A DNA stretch of 64,000 bases from an uncultured Methylomirabilota bacterium (GCA_963845565.1 CAWJSJ010000002.1:1408001-1472000); one strand, 5' to 3'; shown: positions 20,848 through 30,982, counted from the stretch's first letter. Numbers and translations are program-made. The notes: generated by a model from the sequence alone, not told the origin.

Positions 20848-21050
20848 ACGGCAATCACTTCCTCGCGGACGAAGTGAAGTCGGATGACCCTGGGGGTCTG
20901 CCCCTCGTCAAAGTGGCATCGCACGGCGTCGCGAATCTGGGCATGGAGATCTGCCAGGCTATCGGCCTCGGTGAAAATCGACGCGCTGAGGGCGCGGGCC
21001 GTGTAGCCGCCCTCCGGTGCCTCTTCTACCACAAAGATCAACTCCGCCAC
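20844..21050 (-). CDS. Short HicB-like antitoxin
   Basis: EEAPEGGYTARA...IFTEADSL...IRDAV; 4-nt overlap with hicA. Confidence 0.8.
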   Translation of the reverse strand: MAELIFVVEEAPEGGYTARALSASIFTEADSLADLHAQIRDAVRCHFDEGQTPRVIRLHFVREEVIAV

Positions 21051-21144
21051 GGTTCACCTCCAAAACGGGTCCAGATACAAAACGATTCTCGCCGATCTCG
21101 GCGGATTTGGCAAGCGACCCGGGGTTGGAGCTATTCTCGTTGCG

Positions 21145-22653
21145 CTAGCCGAGCGCGGCGACCGCCGCGTGAACCCCTATCTGGACAATGCGAGACAATT
21201 GCGCGCTGACGGCCTCCGTCAGGTCGGGCAAAGCGTTCAGGTCCTCCCCCCAGAAATCGGTGCGAGCGAGGATGGCCCGGCAGAGCGCGAGCGCGTCGCG
21301 GTGATGTTCGTAGCGACGCCACTGGTCGGCGAACGCTTCCAAGACCGGAGCATCGTCCTTCACCGGGTAGGGCCCGCCCTCACGCCGTCCCATGAGTGCG
21401 CCGTCCCGGATCTCCGTCCCGCGGTAAAATGCCAGGAGCGCCGCCAGCGAGAAGGTGAGGGCGGACGGTAGGCGCCGGTTCGCGGCGCGGTATTCGAGGA
21501 GTGAGGGCAAAACGCGCACGCGGTACTTGGAAACGGAGTTCAGCGCAATGCTGATGAGGTTGTGTTTGATGAAGGGGTTCGCCAGCCGCTCCATGACCTC
21601 CTCGGCGAAGGCGCGCGTCTCCTCCGCCGGCAGGGTGAGCAACGGCAGGATCTCATCGAAGACGCCCCGCCGGACGTAGCGGCCCAACACGGGATCCTCC
21701 ACACACTCACGAACCGTGTCGAGGCCGGCCAGGTATGCCGCCAGCGCCATCATCGTGTGGGCGCCGTTCAGGATGCGTACCTTGCGGGTCCGGAACGGCT
21801 GCAGGTCCGGCGTCCAGACGACGTTCAGACCGGCCTGCGTCAGGGGCAGTTCCTTGGCGACCTCCTCGTCCCCCTCGATCACCCAGACGTGAAAGATCTC
21901 CCCCGTGGTGAGCAGGCGATCTTCGTAGCCGAGCTGTTCGGTGAGCGTCGGGATCTCCTCGTGCGGATACCCCGGAACGATGCGATCCACGAGAGTATTC
22001 AAGAATCGGTTGTCTTCCGTGACCCAGCGGACGAACTCCCGGCTCAGGTTCCAGGCAGCGGCATGGCGGAGAACGCACGATCGCAACTGGTCGCCGTTTC
22101 GATCGATCAGCTCGCAGGGCAGGAAGACGAGCCCCTTGGAAGGGTCGCCATCGAGCCGGGAAAACCGCTCGGCGAGAAGCGCGGCGACCTTGGCGGGGAA
22201 CGACGCCGGACACCGACCCGCCGGTCGCGGCTCCTCCAGGTAGGCGATGCCGGCTTCCGTGGTGTTGGAGACCACAAAGCGCAGGTCGGGCTGCGCGGCA
22301 GCGGCGAGAAAGGCACCCCAATCCTGGTACGGATCGATACCGCGGCGAATGGCGGGGATGACCTCGCGCTGCTCCACGACTTTCCCGCCCTGGAGGCCCC
22401 GCAGGATCAGGGTGTATAAGCCGTCCTGCCCGTTAAGGACATCCACGAGGCCCCGTTCGATGGGTTGGACGACCACCACCTGGCCACCAAAGAGCCCCCG
22501 GCGGTTCATGGTGTCGATCATCCAGTCCACGAAGGAGCGCAGAAAATTGCCCTCGCCGAACTGGAGGACGCGCTCGGGGTGGTCCGCAATACATCCGACC
22601 GTCACGCCGGCGGATGGCGAGATGCTGCCGACCGTCTTCCGATTCAGGTGCAT
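21145..22653 (-). CDS. uxaB: Tagaturonate reductase (altronate oxidoreductase)
   Basis: PERVLQFGEGNFLR, SNTTEAGI, PCELI, VDRIVPG, KVRILNGAHT. Confidence 0.93.
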   Translation of the reverse strand: MHLNRKTVGSISPSAGVTVGCIADHPERVLQFGEGNFLRSFVDWMIDTMNRRGLFGGQVVVVQPIERGLVDVLNGQDGLYTLILRGLQGGKVVEQREVIPAIRRGIDPYQDWGAFLAAAAQPDLRFVVSNTTEAGIAYLEEPRPAGRCPASFPAKVAALLAERFSRLDGDPSKGLVFLPCELIDRNGDQLRSCVLRHAAAWNLSREFVRWVTEDNRFLNTLVDRIVPGYPHEEIPTLTEQLGYEDRLLTTGEIFHVWVIEGDEEVAKELPLTQAGLNVVWTPDLQPFRTRKVRILNGAHTMMALAAYLAGLDTVRECVEDPVLGRYVRRGVFDEILPLLTLPAEETRAFAEEVMERLANPFIKHNLISIALNSVSKYRVRVLPSLLEYRAANRRLPSALTFSLAALLAFYRGTEIRDGALMGRREGGPYPVKDDAPVLEAFADQWRRYEHHRDALALCRAILARTDFWGEDLNALPDLTEAVSAQLSRIVQIGVHAAVAALG

Positions 22654-22726
22654 GCGGTGTCCGTTTCCCCTCGGGTTAATGCGACAGTCCCCAGAGTTCT
22701 CCCGCGGCTGGTGTGCGCCAGGCGGC

Positions 22727-22831
22727 TTAGGAGCCGTTGCGAAATAACTTGGCCATTTTTGTAATTTCGTTACGGCTCCTTATGCCGTTTCCGAAATTTC
22801 TCCGGTCAAGTTATTCTTTGACAACGGCTTA
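22727..22831. repeat. Palindromic repeat family 2, copy 1 (105 bp)
   Basis: Near-identical to 50017-50121; tta-ggagccgtt...acggctcc-tta-tgccgtt...aacggc-tta. Confidence 0.9.
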
Positions 22832-23992
22832 TCCCAAGGCCTCACGGTACAGCGCCAAGACCTGGTCGCGGGTGGGCCGGCGGGGGTTCAGGCCCACGCC
22901 GAGGGTGGCCTTCATGGCGCCGTCAGCCAGCGACTCCAGCACGGCGTCCGTCACGCCGACCTCGCGCAGGGTGCGCGGGATGCCCACGTCGTCCGCCAGC
23001 TCCCGCACGGCGTCCACCGCCAGGCGGGCCGCCTCCATGGGTGTCAACCCGTCGGTGTCCTCTCCCAGCGCCGCGGCGATGTCGGCGTGCTTTTCGGGAT
23101 TGCCGATGAGATTGAATTCCATGACGTACCGAACCAGGATGGCGTTGGCGATGCCGTGTGGGACCTGCGTGTGTCCGGTCACCGCGTGGGACATGGCGTG
23201 GACCAGGGTCGTCCTAGTGTTGTTGAAGCCCAGGCCCGCCAGCAGGCTGGCCATGGCCATTCCGGACAAGTCCGCGAGATTCCCGTTGGCCGCGGCGGGT
23301 CGAAGATGCCGGCCGATCATCTCGATGGCGTGGAGGTTGAAGGCGTCCGAGAGAAACTGGGCCGCCTGGCTGGTGTAGGACTCGATGGCGTGGCAGAGGG
23401 CATCCATGCCCGTCGAGGCCACCAGCTTGCCGGGGAGCTTGGCGAGGAGCGTGGGATCCACCACGGCGACTTTGGGGATGTTGTGAGGGCTGCCGATGCC
23501 CATCTTGAAGTGCTTCTCGGTGTCGGTGATGACGGTGAACTGGGTCACCTCGGAGCCGGTGCCGCAGGTGGTGGGAATGGCGATCAGCGGCGGCAGCGGC
23601 TTCTTGATTCTGTCGGCGCCGAAGTACTCTCGGATGTCTCCGCCGTTCGTGGCCAGAAGCCCGATCGCCTTGGCGGCGTCCATGGGGCTGCCCCCGCCGA
23701 CGGCGACGAGGCCGTCGCAGCCCTCCTTGGCGTACAGGGCGAGCCCCTTGTGGACCGTCTCGATGCTGGGGTTCGGCTCCACATCCGAGAAGACCACGCA
23801 TGTCATCCCGGCGCTTTCCAGGCTCTTCGTGACCTGGCCGGGGATGTCGGTCTGCACAAGGCCGCGGTCGGTGACGACGAGCGGGCGGGTCACGGCGAGG
23901 CGGGCGGCCTCGACCCCCACCTGCGCCACTGAGCCGACGCCGAACACGATGCGGGGAGCTACGGTCAAGGTGTACGTCTTGCTGATGTCCAT
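22829..23992 (-). CDS. Iron-containing alcohol dehydrogenase
   Basis: VEPNP, GGGSPMD, PTTCGTGSE, DALCHAIE, VHAMSH, PHG. Confidence 0.94.
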   Translation of the reverse strand: MDISKTYTLTVAPRIVFGVGSVAQVGVEAARLAVTRPLVVTDRGLVQTDIPGQVTKSLESAGMTCVVFSDVEPNPSIETVHKGLALYAKEGCDGLVAVGGGSPMDAAKAIGLLATNGGDIREYFGADRIKKPLPPLIAIPTTCGTGSEVTQFTVITDTEKHFKMGIGSPHNIPKVAVVDPTLLAKLPGKLVASTGMDALCHAIESYTSQAAQFLSDAFNLHAIEMIGRHLRPAAANGNLADLSGMAMASLLAGLGFNNTRTTLVHAMSHAVTGHTQVPHGIANAILVRYVMEFNLIGNPEKHADIAAALGEDTDGLTPMEAARLAVDAVRELADDVGIPRTLREVGVTDAVLESLADGAMKATLGVGLNPRRPTRDQVLALYREALG

Positions 23993-24284
23993 TCGCACGA
24001 CCTCCGTTTCAGAGTGAGAACGACACGAACCGAAAAGAGGAAGACCCACAGACGCTATCGCCCGGCATGGGCCAGTGTCAAGGGAGAAGGGGAGCGACTG
24101 TTGTGAAAGCGGACGATGAGGCTGTCGGCCGACGGCCGGGCCGGGAGGCGCGCCGGGGATTCCCGTTGACGGCGGCCGAAAGAGAGTGATAGGAAGTCTC
24201 GCGAGGGTGGCAGGGTGTGAAGGAGCCCACCGGTTGCCATCCATCACCTGCAGCGGGTCCATCGCAGACAAGGAGGAGACGATC

Positions 24285-25343
24285 ATGGACGAGAAGATCG
24301 AGAAATCCACGGTGCAGCGACGCGATGTGTTGAAGCTGGGGGTGGGCCTTGGTTTGTTGGGGATGGCAGGACCGGCGGCCGCCCAGTCGTTCGGGTTCAA
24401 GGGCAGCCAGCGGTATCCGGACCCGGCCATCCAGATCCTGGATCCGAGCTTCGGCAAGTACCGGGTCTACTCGGCCGGCGTGGAGCAACTGGCGACGGGG
24501 TTCCGGTGGGCCGAGGGGCCGGTCTGGTTCGGCGACGGGCGGTACGTCCTCTTTTCCGACATCCCGAACAACCGCATCATGCGCTATGACGAGGCCACCG
24601 GGCAGACGGGCGTCTTCCGCCAACCGGCCAATTTCGCCAACGGCATGTGCCGCGACCGGCAGGGCCGCCTCATCGTCTGCGAGCACTCCGTGACCCGCCG
24701 GGTCACCCGCACCGAGTACGACGGCACGATCACGGTGCTCGCGGATCGTTTCGAGGGCAAGCGGTTCAATTCACCCAACGACATCGTCTGCAAGTCCGAC
24801 GGCTCGATCTGGTTCACGGACCCGCCGTTCGGTATCGGGGGCAACTACGAGGGAGAGAAGGCGGCGCCCGAGATGCCGCACGCGGTGTACCGGATCGACG
24901 GGCAGACCGGGAAGGTCACCCGCGTCCTCGAGGCCATCATGCCGAACGGCCTGGCCTTCACCCCGGACGAGAAGAAGCTCTACATCATCGCCCGGATCCC
25001 CCCGAAGCGCCTGCTGTTTGCCTACGACGTGACCTCCGACGGGAAGTTGACCAATCAGAGCACGGTGGTCGACGCGGGCACGATCGGGGCGCTGGACGGG
25101 TTCCGGGTCGACACGGACGGCAACATCTGGGCCGGCTGGGGCAGCTCGGGCTTCCCGGAGGCCAAGGCGGAGGAGCTCGACGGCGTGATGGTGTTCACCC
25201 CCCAGGGCAACGCCATCGGCCACATCCGACTCCCAGAGCGCTGCGCCAACCTGTGTTTCGGCGGCGCCAAGAAGAACCGCCTGTTCATGACGAGCTGCCA
25301 TTCGCTGTATTCGCTGTTTGTGGAAGCGCACGGCGCTGTCTAG
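24285..25343 (+). CDS. SMP-30/gluconolactonase family protein, Tat-exported
   Basis: QRRDVLK signal; AEGPVW, SDIPNN, NSPND, PNGLAF; AGGAGG RBS. Confidence 0.92.
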   Translation: MDEKIEKSTVQRRDVLKLGVGLGLLGMAGPAAAQSFGFKGSQRYPDPAIQILDPSFGKYRVYSAGVEQLATGFRWAEGPVWFGDGRYVLFSDIPNNRIMRYDEATGQTGVFRQPANFANGMCRDRQGRLIVCEHSVTRRVTRTEYDGTITVLADRFEGKRFNSPNDIVCKSDGSIWFTDPPFGIGGNYEGEKAAPEMPHAVYRIDGQTGKVTRVLEAIMPNGLAFTPDEKKLYIIARIPPKRLLFAYDVTSDGKLTNQSTVVDAGTIGALDGFRVDTDGNIWAGWGSSGFPEAKAEELDGVMVFTPQGNAIGHIRLPERCANLCFGGAKKNRLFMTSCHSLYSLFVEAHGAV

Positions 25344-25516
25344 TCGGCTGCCGGGTACCCACCCGAGAAGGGGGGGGCGCTCCTACGGGGCGCGGACCGG
25401 CGTCACCCGTGGCATGGGGGGTGGCCGACGAGAATCGCGGCGCGGCCCCCAAAAGCAAATTCCTATCACCGATTCAGTGCGGGAATAGCGGCAGCCGCCG
25501 CGAAAGGAGAACACGC

Positions 25517-25729
25517 ATGGCGACGACGAAGACGGCCAAGAAGAAAGCGGTGAAACCGGAGAGTGCGCACTGCCACTGCGACGACAAGCTCTGCGCCATG
25601 GCCTGCTGCATGTGCCGGACGAACGTGAAGGAGTTGCGGCCCTTGGTCAAGAACGCCAAGTTCATCTGCCAAGAGTGCGGCCGCGCCGCCGCCAAGGCCG
25701 CCAACCTCTGCCAGCCCGTGCGCTTGTAG
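25517..25729 (+). CDS. Small Cys-rich protein (70 aa, 9 Cys)
   Basis: AAAGGAG RBS; HCHCDDKLCAMACCMC...KFICQECGRAA...NLCQP. Confidence 0.8.
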   Translation: MATTKTAKKKAVKPESAHCHCDDKLCAMACCMCRTNVKELRPLVKNAKFICQECGRAAAKAANLCQPVRL

Positions 25730-25777
25730 CGTCCTTCGGTCTCTCCTTCTTGGGTCGGCTCCGATTTCCTCACAGGA

Positions 25778-25809
25778 GCGAAGGCAGGGAAGGGATTCCC
25801 TGCCTTCGT
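25778..25809. terminator. Stem-loop after the small Cys-rich gene
   Basis: gcgaaggcagggaa...ttccctgccttcgt inverted repeat. Confidence 0.5.
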
Positions 25810-25895
25810 CTGTTCTCCACACCCCCACTATCGCCGTGCGCCGCCCTAGCCCGCACCTGGGGAAAGCCAGGCGAGCCGCTATCAGTAATGGGGCA

Positions 25896-26082
25896 CCCGG
25901 CCATGTTCGGCACGGTACGGGACCCCGCGCTCACAGGCCCTACCCGGTGAGGGGTGCGACACGGCTGAGGTCATCCGCGCGGCCCCGAGCAACCAGGAGA
26001 GGAACCCTGCCCAGTCTCTTCCGCTCACGTGGGGCCGGATCCCCGGGGGCAGCCAGGCGGGCGCGGTACAGCATGGCAGGGG
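25896..26082. ncRNA. Candidate rod-shaped structured RNA (6S-like size), strand uncertain
   Basis: Six nested long-range complementary blocks in a non-coding gap; see findings. Confidence 0.4.
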
Positions 26083-26179
26083 AGACGCTTCCACAGCGTG
26101 CGTAACATGGCAACCCCCCATGACGTCCCCCATGACCCGTCCCCCATTACCCGAGCGGTGATCGAATCCCTGAAAACAC

Positions 26180-26213
26180 CAACGGGGGTCCCGATGGCTC
26201 GGGACCCCCGTTG
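26180..26213 (-). terminator. Intrinsic terminator of ppdK
   Basis: caacgggggtcccga/tcgggacccccgttg hairpin followed by gtgtttt on the minus strand. Confidence 0.75.
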
Positions 26214-26238
26214 ACTTACCGCTCGACTGAACGGGCGA

Positions 26239-28899
26239 CTACTTCTCGCCCTTGTCCACGACCTTCACCTTGCCCTTCAAGTTCGCGTGGGCCGCCGCCA
26301 GCTTGGCCACCGGGATCCGGTAGGGCGAGCAGCTGACGTAGTCCAGGCCGATGTCGTGGCAGAAGATGACCGACGCCGGATCGCCGCCGTGCTCGCCGCA
26401 GATGCCGAGCTCCAGGTTCTTCCGGACCTTGCGGCCGCGCTCCGCGCCCATCTTCATCATCTCGCCGACGCCTTCCTGGTCGATGCTGACGAAGGGGTCC
26501 TCCTTGTAGATCTTGCGATCGACATACATCGGGAGGAACTTGCCGGCGTCGTCGCGCGACAGGGCCAGGGTGGTCTGGGTGAGGTCGTTGGTCCCGAAGG
26601 AGAAGAACTCCGCCTGGGACGCGATCTCGCCCGCCGCGATGCAGGCGCGCGGAATTTCGATCATGGTGCCGATCATGTACTTGACCTTGACCCCGTACTT
26701 CTTCTGGGTCTCCTTGGCGACCCGCTCCACGATATCCTTCTGGAGCTGGTACTCGGCCAGCGTGCCGATGAGCGGGATCATGACCTCGGGGAACGAACTC
26801 TTCCCCTCCTTCTTCAACTCGCAGGCGGCCTCGAAGATGGCCTGAGCCTGCATCTCGGTGATCTCGGGGTACTCGATTCCCAGGCGACAGCCGCGGAAGC
26901 CCAGCATGGGGTTGAACTCGTGCATGCTGTCCACCTTGGCCTTGATCCGCTCGACCGTCATGCCGCTCTTCTTGGACAGGTCCTGCATGTCCTCTTCGGT
27001 CTTGGGCAGGAACTCGTGCAGCGGCGGGTCCAGGGTGCGGATGGTCACGGGCAGGTTGCCCATGATCCCCAGGATGCCCTTGAAATCCTGCTTCTGCATG
27101 GGCAGGAGCTTGGCCAGAGCCTTCTTGCGGCCTTCCAGGTCGTTGGCCAGGATCATCTCCCGGACGGCGTCGATCCGATCACCCTCGAAGAACATGTGCT
27201 CGGTCCGGCACAGGCCGATGCCTTCGCCGCCGAACTGCATGGTCACCTTGGCGTCCTTCGGGGTGTCGGCATTGGCGCGCACGCCGATCTTCCGAGTCTT
27301 GTCGGCCCAGGACATGAGGGTGGAGAAATCGCCGGACATCTCCGGCTGGATCAGCTTGGCCTCGCCCAGCATGACCTCGCCGGTGCTGCCGTCCAGGGTG
27401 ATGTATTCGCCGCGCTGGACCTTGAGGTCCTTGGCGAAGAAGTAGCCGTGTTCCTCGTACACCGTGATGTCGTTCGAGCCGGCCACGCACGGCTTCCCCA
27501 TGCCCCGGGCCACCACGGCCGCGTGGGAGGTCATGCCGCCGCGGGCGGTCAGGATGCCCTGGGCCGCGTTCATCCCGCCGATGTCCTCGGGCGAGGTTTC
27601 GAGGCGCACCAGGACGACGCGCTCCCCCTTGGCCGCCATCTCCTCGGCCTCGGCCGCGGTGAACACGGCCTTGCCGACGGCCGCGCCGGGCGACGCCGGC
27701 AGGCCCTTGGCGATCTTCTGCGGCTTGACCGAGGGATCCACGCGGGGGTGCAGGAGCTGGTCGAGCTGACCCGGGGAGACGCGCAAGACCGCCTCCTCCT
27801 TGCTGATCAGCTTCTCCTTCATCAGGTCCACGGCGATCTTCACGGCCGCCGCCGCGGTGCGCTTCCCGACCCGACACTGCAGCATGTACAGCTTGCCGTC
27901 CTGGATCGTGAACTCGATGTCCTGCATGTCGCGGTAGTGCTTCTCCAGCCGCTTGTAGATCGCCTCGAGTTCGGCGTAGATCTTGGGCATCTGCTTCTTG
28001 AGTTCGGCGATGGGCACCGGGGTGCGCACGCCGGCCACCACGTCCTCGCCCTGGGCGTTGATCAGGTACTCGCCGAAGAAGCGTTTCTCACCGGTACCGG
28101 GATCCCGCGTGAAGGCGACGCCGGTGCCCGAGTTCTCGCCCATGTTCCCGTAGGCCATGGCCTGGACGTTGACCGCGGTGCCCCAGTCGCCGGGGATCTT
28201 GTTCAGCTTGCGGTAGGTGACGGCCCGCTGGTTGTCCCAGGAGCCGAACACGGCGTTGATGGCGTACTTGAGCTGCTCCTTGGGCTCCTGCGGGAACTCC
28301 TTGCCGGTCTTGTCCTTGAACACCCGCTTGAAGAGATCGACCAGCTCCTTCAGGTCCTGGGCGGTCAACTCGGTGTCCAGCTTCACCTTCTTGGCGTGCT
28401 TCTGGGCCTCGATCAGCCGCTCGAAGACCGGCTTCTCGATCCCCATCACCACGTCGCTGAACATCTGGATGAAGCGGCGATACGAGTCGTACGCGAAGCG
28501 CTCGTTCTTGGTCCGGGCGATGAGCCCCTTCAGGCTGGTGTCGTTCAGGCCCAGGTTCAGGACGGTGTCCATCATCCCGGGCATGGACACCCGGGCGCCG
28601 GAGCGGACGGAGACGAGGAGCGGGTTGCTCGGGTCGCCGAAGGAGGCCCCCATGGCCTTCTCCAGCTTCTTCAGGGCGTCCTCGACCTGCTTCCACATCC
28701 CCTGCGGGTATTGCATCTTGTTGGTGGTGTAGTAGATGCAGGCCTCCGTGGTGATGGTGAAGCCGGCCGGCACCGGGATGCCCAAGCGGGTCATCTCGTG
28801 CAGGTTGGCGCCCTTACCGCCCAGGAGGTTCTTCTGCTCCGCCCGACCCTCTGCCTTCTTGTTCCCGAAAAAGTAGACCCACTTTTTTGCCGTTGCCAT
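26239..28899 (-). CDS. ppdK: Pyruvate phosphate dikinase
   Basis: LGGKGANL, SVRSGA, GGMTSHAAVVARG, GLCRTEHMF, FGTNDLTQ. Confidence 0.99.
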   Translation of the reverse strand: MATAKKWVYFFGNKKAEGRAEQKNLLGGKGANLHEMTRLGIPVPAGFTITTEACIYYTTNKMQYPQGMWKQVEDALKKLEKAMGASFGDPSNPLLVSVRSGARVSMPGMMDTVLNLGLNDTSLKGLIARTKNERFAYDSYRRFIQMFSDVVMGIEKPVFERLIEAQKHAKKVKLDTELTAQDLKELVDLFKRVFKDKTGKEFPQEPKEQLKYAINAVFGSWDNQRAVTYRKLNKIPGDWGTAVNVQAMAYGNMGENSGTGVAFTRDPGTGEKRFFGEYLINAQGEDVVAGVRTPVPIAELKKQMPKIYAELEAIYKRLEKHYRDMQDIEFTIQDGKLYMLQCRVGKRTAAAAVKIAVDLMKEKLISKEEAVLRVSPGQLDQLLHPRVDPSVKPQKIAKGLPASPGAAVGKAVFTAAEAEEMAAKGERVVLVRLETSPEDIGGMNAAQGILTARGGMTSHAAVVARGMGKPCVAGSNDITVYEEHGYFFAKDLKVQRGEYITLDGSTGEVMLGEAKLIQPEMSGDFSTLMSWADKTRKIGVRANADTPKDAKVTMQFGGEGIGLCRTEHMFFEGDRIDAVREMILANDLEGRKKALAKLLPMQKQDFKGILGIMGNLPVTIRTLDPPLHEFLPKTEEDMQDLSKKSGMTVERIKAKVDSMHEFNPMLGFRGCRLGIEYPEITEMQAQAIFEAACELKKEGKSSFPEVMIPLIGTLAEYQLQKDIVERVAKETQKKYGVKVKYMIGTMIEIPRACIAAGEIASQAEFFSFGTNDLTQTTLALSRDDAGKFLPMYVDRKIYKEDPFVSIDQEGVGEMMKMGAERGRKVRKNLELGICGEHGGDPASVIFCHDIGLDYVSCSPYRIPVAKLAAAHANLKGKVKVVDKGEK

Positions 28900-28918
28900 A
28901 GATTCCTCCGATGTCCCC

Positions 28919-30982
28919 CTACCCGTTGATTTTCGTGAAGTCCGCGATACGTGCGAACAAGTCCCCGACCGTCTTGAGGAGCGCGAACCGATTCTGGGTC
29001 AGCGCCTCATCCGGTCCGATGACCAGCACCTCCTCGAAGAACATGTCCACCATCGGCTTGAGCGCCACGATGCGCCGCAGCGCACCCAGGTAATCCTGGG
29101 CGGCCACCAGCCGCTCCACCTCCCCTTTCAACTCGAGGGCCTGGGCATGCAGCGCGCGCTCGGCCCCCTCCACCAGACGGCTCACCTCGACCGGCCGGTC
29201 GAACCCACGCGGGATGATCCCCACCACTCGTCGGAAGGCGACCGCCAGTTCGCCAAAATCCGCCTCGCGCTTGAGGATCGCCAGCGCCTCGGCGCGCCGG
29301 GCGACGTCCGCCACGTCGTCTGAGCCGGCCGAGAGGACCGATTCCAACACGTCCCCGGGCAGTCCGCGTTCCGCCAGAACAGCGTGGGTCCGGCCGCGCA
29401 GAAAATCCAGGACTGCCTGCCGGACCGCCTCGGCGTCCGGTCCGGCCGCGCCGTAGCCCGCCTGGGCGCACGCCACCGCCTCGTTCAGGAGGAGGCGACA
29501 CCCCCGCTGGAGGATGATTTGCACCACCCCCAGCGCCGCACGCCGCAGTGCGTACGGGTCCTCGGAGCCGGTGGGGACGAGCCCGATGCCGAAGCAGCCC
29601 ACGATGGAGTCGAGCCGATCCGCCAACGCCACCGCGGCCCCCACGCCGGAGGCGGGGAGGCGGTCGCCGGCGAAGCGAGGCAGATAATGCTCCTCGATCG
29701 CCTGGCAGACCTCGGGCGGCTCGCCCGAGAGGCGGGCGTATTCCCGACCCATGGTTCCCTGCAGGTTGGGGAACTCCTTGACCATGTTGGTCGGAAGGTC
29801 CGCCTTACAGAGCAGGGCGGCCCGCCCGGCAGCGGTGCGAGCGGCGGGGTCCACGCGCTCCGCGATCCAGGCGGCCAGGTGCTGGAGCCGTCGGACCTTG
29901 TCGGCCACCGATCCCAGCTTTTCCTGGAAGATGATGTGGTCCAGCTCGGGGAGCCGGTCGGGCAGCGGGCGCTTCCGATCCTCGCGGAAGAAGAACTCCG
30001 CGTCGTTCAAGCGGGCGCGCAGGACGCGCTCGTTGCCCTGGCGGATCAGCTCCATGTCCTTGGCCTGCATGTTGGAGATGGTCACGAAGTACGGGAGCAG
30101 ATTCCCGATGGCGTCCACCACCGGAAAGTAACGCTGGTGTTTTTGCATCGGGGTCACGATGACCTCGCGCGGGAGCTCCAGGTACTCCGGCTTGAAGGCG
30201 CCGCAGACCGCGGTGGGGAATTCGACGAGGTCGGCCACCGACTCCACCAGGGCCTCGTCCAGGACCGGGCGGCCCTTGACGTTCGCGGCGGCCTCGGTCG
30301 CTTGAGCGCGCACCATCTCCCGGCGGCGGGCCGGGTCGACGATCACAAACCGACTCTCGAGAACGTCGAGGTATTCCTGAAAGCTGCGCACGCGGGCACC
30401 GCGCGGGGCCAGGAAGCGGTGGCCGTAGGTCTTGCCGTCGGTCGCGAGGCCGTCCACCGCGAACGGTACCACCCGACCATCGAAGATCGCCAGCAACCAC
30501 CGGATGGGACGGACGAAGCGGATCGCGCCCTCACCCCAACGCATGAACTTGGGGAAGGAGAGCATGCCGAGCAATCTCGGCAGGGCCGTCGCCAGAACGT
30601 CGCGGGCGCGGCCGCCCTGCTCCTCCTGGAGAGCGACCACATATTCACCACGCTCCAGCGCGCGAACCTGCAAGGACTCGACGGCGACCCCCTGGGCCCG
30701 GGCGAATCCCTCGGCGGCCTTGGTCGGCCGTCCCTCGGCGTCGAAGGCCACCGCCTTGGGCGGCCCAATCACCTCTCGGCGCACGTCCGCCTGGCGCTCC
30801 GCCAGGCCATCCACGAAGAGGACCAAGCGGCGCGGCGTGCCCAGCGTGCGGATCGTGTCGCAGGCCAGCCGCTGCTCGCCGAACAGGCGGCGCGCCGCGG
30901 CCTTCAGTTCCTCCAGCGCAGGCGGGAGGTAGCCGGAGGGGATCTCCTCCGTGCCGATCTCGAAGAGCAGTTCCTTGCCCAT
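28919..30982 (-). CDS. glyS: Glycine-tRNA ligase beta subunit
   Basis: LLFEIGTEEIP, TPRRL, FVRPIRW, HQRYFP, SEDPYALRR. Confidence 0.97.
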   Translation of the reverse strand: MGKELLFEIGTEEIPSGYLPPALEELKAAARRLFGEQRLACDTIRTLGTPRRLVLFVDGLAERQADVRREVIGPPKAVAFDAEGRPTKAAEGFARAQGVAVESLQVRALERGEYVVALQEEQGGRARDVLATALPRLLGMLSFPKFMRWGEGAIRFVRPIRWLLAIFDGRVVPFAVDGLATDGKTYGHRFLAPRGARVRSFQEYLDVLESRFVIVDPARRREMVRAQATEAAANVKGRPVLDEALVESVADLVEFPTAVCGAFKPEYLELPREVIVTPMQKHQRYFPVVDAIGNLLPYFVTISNMQAKDMELIRQGNERVLRARLNDAEFFFREDRKRPLPDRLPELDHIIFQEKLGSVADKVRRLQHLAAWIAERVDPAARTAAGRAALLCKADLPTNMVKEFPNLQGTMGREYARLSGEPPEVCQAIEEHYLPRFAGDRLPASGVGAAVALADRLDSIVGCFGIGLVPTGSEDPYALRRAALGVVQIILQRGCRLLLNEAVACAQAGYGAAGPDAEAVRQAVLDFLRGRTHAVLAERGLPGDVLESVLSAGSDDVADVARRAEALAILKREADFGELAVAFRRVVGIIPRGFDRPVEVSRLVEGAERALHAQALELKGEVERLVAAQDYLGALRRIVALKPMVDMFFEEVLVIGPDEALTQNRFALLKTVGDLFARIADFTKING

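Noticed and set aside
26287..28929. Long antisense or alternative-frame ORFs (also 10119-11948, 11534-13876, 14859-17579, 38278-40476, 62774-63943)
   Set aside because: Shadow ORFs of well-supported genes in high-GC DNA, with no family motifs.
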